Positions 10,286 through 18,154 of a stretch of 48,146 nucleotides of DNA are shown one piece after another. The notes below the pieces were generated by a model. The model saw nothing but the letters and a program-made list of their open reading frames with translations, had not been told where the DNA came from and searched no databases. The stretch is from assembly GCA_024277795.1 (NCBI GenBank), contig JAJRUL010000180.1:1-48146 (forward strand), read 5' to 3'. The stretch is from Candidatus Zixiibacteriota bacterium (lineage in GTDB: Bacteria; Zixibacteria; MSB-5A5; GN15; FEB-12). Every line of letters begins with the position of its first letter. The first letter of the stretch is position 1. Position numbers and translations under genes: made by a program.

Positions 10286-11614
10286 CTATTCATTCTCCTG
10301 TTCATCAACTTTCGGCTGTTCAAGTCGTTCTACTTTGAGTCTTGTAAGCCGATTATGATCGATCTCGAGAATCGAAAGACGTGCATCAGCAATAATAACT
10401 GTATCCTCTCGTGAAGGAAGATGTCCGATTTTATCAATCATCAGACCAGCAAGGGTTTCTGCTTTATCCTCAGGTAAATTTGTTGACATAAGCTCATTAA
10501 CTGCACCCGGCCATACTGAACCGTCAATATATGCTACAGTATCAGAGTGCTTAACTAACGGTGGCGCTTTTGAATCATCCTCATCCTGTATCTCACCGAC
10601 AAGCTCTTCAAGAACATCTTCGAGAGTGACAATCCCTGCGGTTCCTCCAAACTCATCTAGCACGACTGCAAATTGATTCTTTTTCCTCTGAAACTCTCGC
10701 AAAAGTGTTGAGAGTGGCATTGAATCGGGGACAAAAGTCGTCTTGCGCATCAAATCACTGAGAATAACAAGATTCGGATTAAGCTTATGATGAAAGAGAT
10801 CACGAGTGTAAAGAATACCTACGATCTGATCAATTGTGTCTTTAAAAACGGGATACTTACTATGACCTTTATCAATGATAATATTGATAATATCAACTGG
10901 ATCAGTATCAATTGAAATAGCATCAACATCAGTACGAGGGGTCATTGCTCTTCGTACAGTTGAATCAGCAAAATCAAAAACCGAACGAATCAATCGCTCT
11001 TCAGTCTCATCAAAGTTACCTGATTTTATCCCCTCTTGAATCATCATATTAATCTCATCTTCAGTAACATGAGAGGTTGTCGTATCAACTGTAATTCCGA
11101 ACAGACGCAATATCATATTTGCTGTTCCACTGAGAACAGTAGACAGTGCGGCAATCGAACGAACAAACATAGTAATCGGCCCCGCAGACCATCGTGCATA
11201 CCTTTCAGGATCGGAGAGGGCTAGATATTTAGGTATCAGTTCACCTAATATGACAGCACTGATAGTAATACCAAAAGCGACTAAAGTCACAGCAATCGGA
11301 CCGGCAGTATCGGTGATAAATGATATCGAAATAGATTCAATCGCCTTTTGAATTGGTTCTACTATAGTAGCACCACCAAACACACCGGCTAGAGTCCCAA
11401 CAAGAGTGATACCTATTTGGACAGTAGCTAAGAATCGTTCAGGCTGTTCCTGAAGTTTTGATGCCGATTTTGCTCCCCTCTTTCCCTCTTTTTCCATTTG
11501 TTTGAGCCTGCTCTTTCGCGAGGCAATAATAGAAAATTCTGAGAGTGAAAAAAAACCGTTTGCGGCAATGAGCAGAAAAATAGCCACAACCTCAAAGAAA
11601 AGAAGTGTGTCCAC
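10286..11614 (-). CDS. CNNM/CorC-HlyC family protein (DUF21-CBS pair-CorC_HlyC)
   Basis: N-terminal DUF21 TM domain, a CBS pair region, and a C-terminal transporter-associated domain (TLAGLMIDKIGHLP...). Confidence 0.9.
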   Translation of the reverse strand: MDTLLFFEVVAIFLLIAANGFFSLSEFSIIASRKSRLKQMEKEGKRGAKSASKLQEQPERFLATVQIGITLVGTLAGVFGGATIVEPIQKAIESISISFITDTAGPIAVTLVAFGITISAVILGELIPKYLALSDPERYARWSAGPITMFVRSIAALSTVLSGTANMILRLFGITVDTTTSHVTEDEINMMIQEGIKSGNFDETEERLIRSVFDFADSTVRRAMTPRTDVDAISIDTDPVDIINIIIDKGHSKYPVFKDTIDQIVGILYTRDLFHHKLNPNLVILSDLMRKTTFVPDSMPLSTLLREFQRKKNQFAVVLDEFGGTAGIVTLEDVLEELVGEIQDEDDSKAPPLVKHSDTVAYIDGSVWPGAVNELMSTNLPEDKAETLAGLMIDKIGHLPSREDTVIIADARLSILEIDHNRLTRLKVERLEQPKVDEQENE

Positions 11615-11669
11615 CTATCTACTCCTCGGTTTTCGATCAGGAGTATTATCTGATTGGTCTGAAATAATA

Positions 11670-12533
11670 TTATTGAGCATACCCGCTATAGTGCGACTCC
11701 TGAGCTAATTTATGCAGTCTTTCAATCCTCTCTTCAACAGGGGGATGCGTGGAAAACAATGATAACATTTTGCGCCCACTGAGCGGGTTGACAATCATCA
11801 TGTGAGCGGTTGCGGGTTTCTTATCCAGATTCATACGAACTGGGGCATGATGGAGCTTTTCTAATGCTGATGCTAGTGACTTATATTTTCCAGTAATTCC
11901 TCCACCTATCTTATCTGCCTTGAATTCTCTTTGACGTGAAATTGCTGACTGAATAACAAGGGCTGCAAGAGGACCAACGATAGCCGCAATCAATAACCCA
12001 AAGATATTATTATTGTCACGTCTTCCCATACCTCCAAAAATAGCTCCCCAACGAGCTATTGTAGCAAGGATCCCTATAGCCCCGGCAAACGTTGCGGCAA
12101 TTGTACCGATTAGCATATCCTTATTCATAATATGGGCGAATTCATGCCCTAATACACCCTCAAGTTCATCTTCATTGAGTATTTCAAGTAAACCTTCGGT
12201 AACTGCAACAGCCGCATTATCTTGGTTTCGACCAGTCGCAAATGCATTGGGCGCTTTCGACGGTACAATATAAACTTTCGGCATAGGCACTGAAGAAACC
12301 GTTGAAATGCGACGAACTACACGAAACAGACGAGGGTGGTCTGCTTCTGAGACCTCACGGGCACGGTACATCTTCAGAACGAGCTTATCAGAGTACCAAT
12401 AGGAGACAAAATTCATAGCTATTGCGATAATGAACGCAATAATCATACCGCCCTGCCCACCTATCATCATTCCAATCCAAGCGAACAGCAACATCAGAGC
12501 AAGCATTAATAATGTAACTTTTAATCCATTCAT
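11670..12533 (-). CDS. htpX: zinc metalloprotease HtpX
   Basis: M48 signature HEFAHI, TM helices flanking the catalytic domain, and STHPPVEERI near the C-terminus. Confidence 0.93.
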   Translation of the reverse strand: MNGLKVTLLMLALMLLFAWIGMMIGGQGGMIIAFIIAIAMNFVSYWYSDKLVLKMYRAREVSEADHPRLFRVVRRISTVSSVPMPKVYIVPSKAPNAFATGRNQDNAAVAVTEGLLEILNEDELEGVLGHEFAHIMNKDMLIGTIAATFAGAIGILATIARWGAIFGGMGRRDNNNIFGLLIAAIVGPLAALVIQSAISRQREFKADKIGGGITGKYKSLASALEKLHHAPVRMNLDKKPATAHMMIVNPLSGRKMLSLFSTHPPVEERIERLHKLAQESHYSGYAQ

Positions 12534-12625
12534 AGTACCATCCAGACAGAATAATTGTTTTTCAATCCTGTGTATACTATATGCTTTTTGGCTCGCAAAA
12601 GTTCCAATAGTTGGTTATGAGTCAT

Positions 12626-13087
12626 CTACCGCCGTGTGCGACGGCGACTCGGTCGACCAAAGCTCACTTCCTTTTTTTCTTCAGGATTCTCAGGTTCAGC
12701 TTCAGACTCTTTTATTGCTGGTTCAACAACAATATTTTCCTCAGGAGAATCAATTTGGTTGGTTGTCTCTTTCGATAATGTTCGTTTTGGACTGCGACGT
12801 GTGCGTGGGCGACCATAAACAGGAGTGGCAGGCTGTTTTTCCTCAGCTTCTGATTCCTCAGAAGTTGATTCAATCTGTTCTGCAGTATTATCAGGGAAAT
12901 CAAACTCAGGGACACTTTCAAATGCTAACTTGTTTTGAGTTTCCTTCGATTCATCTGTAGAAACATTGTCAGTTTCTGATTCAGGGGCTGTATGGGCTAC
13001 TGCTTCAGTTGCATCATTTCTTCTTTGTAAACTAGCAAGCTCAGCAACAATATTCGCCCGCTCTCTCTCGATATCATCAAGAGAACG
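12626..13087 (-). CDS. 153-codon open frame with no ATG/GTG/TTG start in its first 141 codons, in frame with and directly after the symporter stop codon
   Basis: Manual translation of the minus strand after the TAA (13088-13090) gives RSLDDIERERANIVAELASLQRRNDATEAVAHTAPESETDNVSTDESKETQNKLAFESVPEFDFPDNTAEQIESTSEESEAEEKQPATPVYGRPRTRRSPKRTLSKETTNQIDSPEENIVVEPAIKESEAEPENPEEKKEVSFGRPSRRRTRR, ending at TAG (12626-12628). It is absent from the ORF track only because it has no start codon. Confidence 0.4.
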   Translation of the reverse strand, partial: RSLDDIERERANIVAELASLQRRNDATEAVAHTAPESETDNVSTDESKETQNKLAFESVPEFDFPDNTAEQIESTSEESEAEEKQPATPVYGRPRTRRSPKRTLSKETTNQIDSPEENIVVEPAIKESEAEPENPEEKKEVSFGRPSRRRTRR

Positions 13088-14938
13088 TTAAGTCTCTGTT
13101 TTTTCTATATGTATAGATACTTTGCTCTGTTTTTTGGGAACCGCTGTTTCTATTGTCTCTTCTTGATCAGAAAAATCTTCTGCCAACGGAGAGCTAGGCA
13201 TAGTTGGAAGTGGGGGTACTGCTGGCATAGGAGGAATTTTCCTCTCCTGAGTCGAACTGACCGAATCTTTCTCCGGAGCAATCGATGTTGGAGGAATTGC
13301 CTCAGATACAACAAGATTCTGTTCTACTGTTTTACGACGAGATACCGTCCGCCGTTCACGAACTGTCGGCTTACTATCTACAGTTGATCTTCTGTCTTTA
13401 CTGCTCCGCTCTGTTCTTGCTGGGGGTGCCTGCTTGACCAAACCATCAGTTTTACTTGGACGATCAGAACGTTTCGTTGAAGCAGTCTTGCGGGTACTAC
13501 CAGTACTGCGCGTAGAAGAGCTATCTTTTCGAGTTGTACGGCTCTTCGTTGTTGTCGATCTTGTCTTACGGGCTGTTCTTGTTTCACTTGATGTGCGACG
13601 GCTACTGTCTCGACCTGTTCGCGATGAACGATCGTCTTTACGAGAGGAAGAACTACTTGATCGTGCAGTTGTTCGTGATCGGGCAGAAACTGTTCTGCCA
13701 CCACGAGCTGTCTTGAATTCAAATGTCTCACCGATTATCGCGGCACCAACAGCATCCCCCCAGATATTTACGACTGCACGACAACGATCAAAAAACCAAT
13801 CGACAATAACTAAAAGACCGATTATTGCAAATGATGATGGTGGAAACCCGACAATACTCATCGTTACCGCAAGTCCAAAAAGACTGACATTAGGTAACGA
13901 TGCTGAACCCATCGAAACAATCGCTGACACAGCTCCAATTGTCACCATATCCATAAAAGATAAAGATACATTTGACACCTGTGCGACAAAGAGTGTTGCT
14001 ATTGTCAGATAAAGAGCCGTCCCCTGCAAATTAACCAAATAGCCGAGTGACAACACTATCGATGATGCACGAGAATCGACATTGTCATCTTCAGTAACAT
14101 TTGAATAAGCAACAGGATATGCAACTGCTGATGAACCGGTTCCAAAAGCAATAAGCAAGGCAGGATGCAACTTTGTCAGATAGGCAAACGGTGATCGCCC
14201 GCCCCAGAGCTTTAAAGCGGTCGGAAGTATCACAACAAACAACAGAACCATACCAACCAAGGTTGTCAAAGAAAACATCCCAAGTGATCTGAACATATCA
14301 CCAAGATTATTGTGATGCCCCCCGATTGCAGAACCGACCAAAGCAAATAAACCGAGCGGAGCAACAATAAGAATGTACTTCATTACTCCCAACGTTCCCT
14401 CTAAAAGGGTCGAGAAAAAATCAACAACAGGCTTCCCTTTCGTACCCATTTGTGACAAAACAGCACCCAAAAGCAAAGCAAAGAGAATCAAACCGAGAAA
14501 ATTACCATCAATAAGTGCACTTATCGGGTTTTGAGGCAACAGTCCTCCAAGTATATGATCAAATCTTACTTGAGAAGCAGACTTAGCCCATGACGGGAGC
14601 CCCAAACCTGAGGCATCGACACCGACTCCGGGATGTAATATAATAGCCAATACAACTCCAAGAACTACTGCTACAACAGTAGTCAAAATGAAATATGTCA
14701 AAGTGGACAGAAGTGACCGACCGAGCTTTGTCATATTTCCCAAACCTACTACACCAATAATGACAGAACTCAAAATAATAGGGAGAAGCAAAATACGAAA
14801 TGCACTGATAAACAGCGATCCAAATACAGAAAGAGATGCCATTGTTTCAGGTGCAAATATACCTGCAATAGCCCCAGTTACGATTGAAATAACAATCATT
14901 AGTGACAAACGACTCGAAATCCTCAAAGACATACACAT
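13088..14938 (-). CDS. dicarboxylate/amino acid:cation symporter (DAACS/SLC1 family) with about a 210-aa S/T/R-rich C-terminal tail
   Basis: Family motifs GTGSSAVAYPV (HP1-like), VNLQGTALYLTIATLFVAQ (NMDGT-region variant) and DWFFDRCRAVVNIWGDAVGA (TM8 D..R...N..GD). The tail begins after IIGETFEF. Confidence 0.85.
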   Translation of the reverse strand: MCMSLRISSRLSLMIVISIVTGAIAGIFAPETMASLSVFGSLFISAFRILLLPIILSSVIIGVVGLGNMTKLGRSLLSTLTYFILTTVVAVVLGVVLAIILHPGVGVDASGLGLPSWAKSASQVRFDHILGGLLPQNPISALIDGNFLGLILFALLLGAVLSQMGTKGKPVVDFFSTLLEGTLGVMKYILIVAPLGLFALVGSAIGGHHNNLGDMFRSLGMFSLTTLVGMVLLFVVILPTALKLWGGRSPFAYLTKLHPALLIAFGTGSSAVAYPVAYSNVTEDDNVDSRASSIVLSLGYLVNLQGTALYLTIATLFVAQVSNVSLSFMDMVTIGAVSAIVSMGSASLPNVSLFGLAVTMSIVGFPPSSFAIIGLLVIVDWFFDRCRAVVNIWGDAVGAAIIGETFEFKTARGGRTVSARSRTTARSSSSSSRKDDRSSRTGRDSSRRTSSETRTARKTRSTTTKSRTTRKDSSSTRSTGSTRKTASTKRSDRPSKTDGLVKQAPPARTERSSKDRRSTVDSKPTVRERRTVSRRKTVEQNLVVSEAIPPTSIAPEKDSVSSTQERKIPPMPAVPPLPTMPSSPLAEDFSDQEETIETAVPKKQSKVSIHIEKTET

Positions 14939-15032
14939 TCCTTACTTTGCCGAATAATCGGCGACGATCAATCTGCTCTCTTCTATATGAGACGACGATT
15001 TGACCGCAGGTTAATTTTCTTCGACCGGCTTG

Positions 15033-15120
15033 TTCCTGCTGTGAACGACTATCTTATTTTTATGTCGCTTTAATATGTTGCCAGCCAACATTATAACAAA
15101 GATATGATTCCTGCTGTGAA
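15033..15120. repeat. two copies of a 13-bp direct repeat TTCCTGCTGTGAA in the divergent symporter/rarA intergenic region
   Basis: Exact copies at 15033-15045 and 15108-15120, 75 bp apart. Confidence 0.6.
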
Positions 15121-15314
15121 GACCTGTCCTGCCATATATCAAAGGTAGAAATATAACTCAATACCTGCTCAACTCATCTCAGCAGAGGAAACAGACCAAC
15201 CCAACCATATCTTTTTTCAAGGCGAAAAGTACGACTTAGTGATGATTCAGGCAATCTTTTTGTTTTCACTTTGTGATTGTCGATTTTTCCCAATTGGTAT
15301 TATATTGCCTAACC

Positions 15315-16649
15315 ATGGATATGTTTGACAACAACAGAACAGAGCCTTCAGATAGGGCAACACAATTGAACTCCCCGCTAGCAGATCGAATGCGACCTGT
15401 TACCTTTGATGAATTTACTGGACAGATCAAAATAGTTGGTCAAGGGACCCCGCTTCGAAAATCGATTGAAGCTGATCAGGTCGCATCCTCAATATTTTGG
15501 GGCCCCCCTGGTAGTGGCAAGACAACGTTAGCCGAGTTGATAGCCCGTTCAACTAATGGACAGTTTATTCCCTTCTCTGCCGTGACATCCTCAATCAAAG
15601 ATATCAAGACAATCATCTCGAAATCAGGAAATTATTTCCGAATGTCGGGAAGACGTACATACATTTTTGTCGATGAAATTCATCGTTTCAACAAAGCACA
15701 ACAGGACGCCTTCCTCCCGTATGTAGAAAAAGGAGACATTGTACTAATCGGAGCAACAACAGAAAACCCCTCATTTGAAATCAACTCAGCTCTCCTCTCA
15801 AGAATGCGTGTATACGTCCTGGAACGTCTACAACCTGAAGAGATACGATCTGTTCTTGAGCGTGCCCTCAATGATCATGAACGTGGGTTGGGAGATATGG
15901 ATCTACATTTTGAAGATCATGCTCTTGATATCATATGCAATGCAGGAGATGGCGATGCTCGTCGTGCTCTCTCTCTGCTTGAAGCAGTTTCTGCTTTTGT
16001 TGGAAAGGAAGGGATTGTAACACCCGATGTCGTAAAAAGAGTGCATCAAAAAAGTGTTGCGATGTATGACAAAACGGGCGAAGAGCATTACAATCTTATT
16101 TCTGCATTACATAAATCTATTAGAGGTGGTGACCCTGATGCATCTCTCTATTGGCTGGCAAGGATGCTCGACGGAGGTGAAGAACCAATGTATATTATCC
16201 GAAGACTGGTCAGATTCGCTTCTGAAGATATCGGATTGGCTGATCCCTACGCTCTGACTCTTACTCTCAATGCACGAGACAGTTTTCACTTTCTTGGCTC
16301 TCCCGAAGGAGAGCTTTCTATCGCCATGGCAGTAGCATATATGGCCTGTGCGCCAAAATCAAATGCGATCTATACTGCCTTCAAATGTGCTACTACTGAC
16401 GCAAAGGAGAAAGGCTCGCTTCCCGTTCCGTTGCATATTCGTAACGCCCCGACATCGTTGATGAAAGAGATTGGATATGGCAAAGGGTACAAGTATGCAC
16501 ACGATTTTGATAACGCTTTGACTGACCAAGAACATTTCCCCGATGAACTGGCAGGGAGTGAATACTATCACCCAACAGATACAGGTCGAGAGAAGTTTAT
16601 GTTTGAATATCTCGAAAAGTATCGAACCTATCGCAAAAACAAAACATGA
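15315..16649 (+). CDS. rarA: replication-associated recombination protein A (RarA/MgsA AAA+ ATPase)
   Basis: Walker A GPPGSGKTTLA, Walker B IFVDEIHRFNK, and an MgsA C-terminal region (HYNLISALHKSIRGGDPDASLYWLARML). The ATG at 15315 is preferred over the GTG at 15273. Confidence 0.92.
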   Translation: MDMFDNNRTEPSDRATQLNSPLADRMRPVTFDEFTGQIKIVGQGTPLRKSIEADQVASSIFWGPPGSGKTTLAELIARSTNGQFIPFSAVTSSIKDIKTIISKSGNYFRMSGRRTYIFVDEIHRFNKAQQDAFLPYVEKGDIVLIGATTENPSFEINSALLSRMRVYVLERLQPEEIRSVLERALNDHERGLGDMDLHFEDHALDIICNAGDGDARRALSLLEAVSAFVGKEGIVTPDVVKRVHQKSVAMYDKTGEEHYNLISALHKSIRGGDPDASLYWLARMLDGGEEPMYIIRRLVRFASEDIGLADPYALTLTLNARDSFHFLGSPEGELSIAMAVAYMACAPKSNAIYTAFKCATTDAKEKGSLPVPLHIRNAPTSLMKEIGYGKGYKYAHDFDNALTDQEHFPDELAGSEYYHPTDTGREKFMFEYLEKYRTYRKNKT

Positions 16650-16878
16650 TATCAAACTCTATTATTAGAGGCAGAAATTGCCTAAAATCATAGATTTACC
16701 TCTTTGATCATGAAAAAAAACTTGCCTATAGCAACTTTACTCAGTAGGATAATGGTGTAAAGAGCCGATAACACGAAACTTGATATCTTATTTGGTACAG
16801 AAAACAGTAACGAGAGGGCCGTTACTTCTTGTAAATTGTTTCAGGGCATTGGTTTTTCGAAACGAGAGGGACATTCTT

Positions 16879-17493
16879 ATGGCTAGAGGTGAAGCGAAGC
16901 GACCCTTACGGGTACTGGTCGTTGATGATGACGCTGAAATCTGTTCATTCCTCGATAAATTCCTAAGCAAAAACGGGTATGAAGTAACAACTACAACTGA
17001 CCCAAAAAAAACCTCAACACTCCTCAAAGAAGGAACTTTTCAGATTGTAATCCTTGACATGGTCATGCCTAAAATTGATGGAACTGAAGTACTTAACAGT
17101 ATCCGAAGGTTTGATAAAGATCTGTGTGTTATTGTCATGTCAGGCTTCCCCTCATTTGATAATGCTGTGAATGCCTTTAGAAAACATGCTTACGATTTCA
17201 TAACCAAGCCATTTAATACAAATAAGTTACTTGAGATTCTCGATAGTGCGGTAAAAGAATATGGTATGATTTCCGACTTACACGAAGTCGCGGCAAGACA
17301 GATCGCTCAAGAAGTCCGTGCTCTTCGAACTGAGCAAAAACTCTCAATGAGGCAATTAGCAAGCCGAACGGGAGTAAGTGCTTCTCTTATCTACCAGATA
17401 GAACATGCTCAGACGTCTCCGTCTTTAGCAACAATTTCACGTCTGGCCACTGCTCTAAATACACCTCTCGAAAGATTTTTTGCTGGTATATAA
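16879..17493 (+). CDS. response regulator with receiver domain and XRE-type HTH output
   Basis: REC motifs (LVVDDD, ILDMVMPKIDG, KPF), then a Cro/C1-type HTH (LRTEQKLSMRQLASRTGVSASLIYQIEHAQTSPSLATISRLATAL). The ATG at 16879 is preceded by GAGAGGG. Confidence 0.8.
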   Translation: MARGEAKRPLRVLVVDDDAEICSFLDKFLSKNGYEVTTTTDPKKTSTLLKEGTFQIVILDMVMPKIDGTEVLNSIRRFDKDLCVIVMSGFPSFDNAVNAFRKHAYDFITKPFNTNKLLEILDSAVKEYGMISDLHEVAARQIAQEVRALRTEQKLSMRQLASRTGVSASLIYQIEHAQTSPSLATISRLATALNTPLERFFAGI

Positions 17494-17901
17494 AAAGCTC
17501 AGGCTGGACTAGTTATTTCTCTTATGATTGATTAACGACTGTATGTTTTCGTTGTACAGTCAAATTCATGATTCTAACAACTCCTATATACACTTGCAAA
17601 GTCCTTCAGAATCCTATCTCACAATATAACTGCACAGACATTCTGTACTTCTCTCTTTTGCTCTCAATAGACATAGCATCTCTATACTGCTGTAATAAGC
17701 CTTCTACACAAAGCTTTCTCTTAACTCATGATAGAGTAACAGTAAAAAAAATAGTGAAATATCTCAATTATACTATAAAGTTTTAACAACCTGAGTCGAC
17801 AATGAGTGATAGACACTAGACAACAATAAAGAAAGATGTCAGATAAAAAGACTATAATTAGCTGATTATAATAAATCTCCACTCTCCTTCGCTTCACCAA
17901 G

Positions 17902-17940
17902 TCGGTCGATTCTTTCACAAGAATTGACCGATTTTTTATT
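17902..17940 (+). terminator. strong rho-independent terminator with no annotated upstream gene
   Basis: 13-bp stem tcggtcgattctt / aagaattgaccga (one G-U pair), loop tcac, followed by TTTTTTATT. Confidence 0.7.
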
Positions 17941-18016
17941 ATCTTACTTTTTCCTTAAACAGCGTATACTCTTCTTATATAAGTAACACCGCAAAATTGA
18001 GGAAATTGATATCATT

Positions 18017-18154
18017 GTGCTAAACAATACATCTTACGCAACTCACCTATATTGCGCTCTTTGTAAGGCAGAATATGCAATAAACAAAGTTCACAACTTA
18101 TGCCAGTGTGGAAAACCACTATTGGTTGCTGAGCTCATGTCAAGAGTTGTGTAA
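18017..18154 (+). pseudogene. 5' remnant of a zinc-ribbon-containing gene truncated by the IS element
   Basis: A GTG-initiated ORF, MLNNTSYATHLYCALCKAEYAINKVHNLCQCGKPLLVA, runs straight into the IS terminal repeat at 18131 and stops 8 codons later. The CxxC...CxCG ribbon resembles the N-terminal ribbon of some threonine-synthase-like PLP enzymes, but that resemblance is weak. Confidence 0.3.

Noticed and set aside
13088-13090. TAA reassigned as a sense codon (alternative genetic code)
   Set aside because: groES, groEL and several other well-defined genes in the window terminate at TAA at the expected protein ends. A global reassignment is therefore not supported, and only a local event is considered.
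12430-14012. Plus-strand ORFs 12430..12960 (176 aa) and 13434..14012 (192 aa)
   Set aside because: They are antisense to htpX, the start-less frame and the symporter tail. Their low-complexity, Leu/Arg/Ser/Val-rich translations are typical of complements of S/T/R-rich coding sequence.
16710-16760. 16-codon sORF MKKNLPIATLLSRIMV upstream of the response regulator
   Set aside because: It is too short, has no SD, and there is no supporting evidence, so it is indistinguishable from chance.
17568-17918. ORFs 17568..17786 (+, 72 aa) and 17721..17918 (-, 65 aa)
   Set aside because: They are AT-rich with an Ile/Leu/Tyr/Cys-biased composition and no RBS. They also overlap each other in a region that otherwise looks non-coding.
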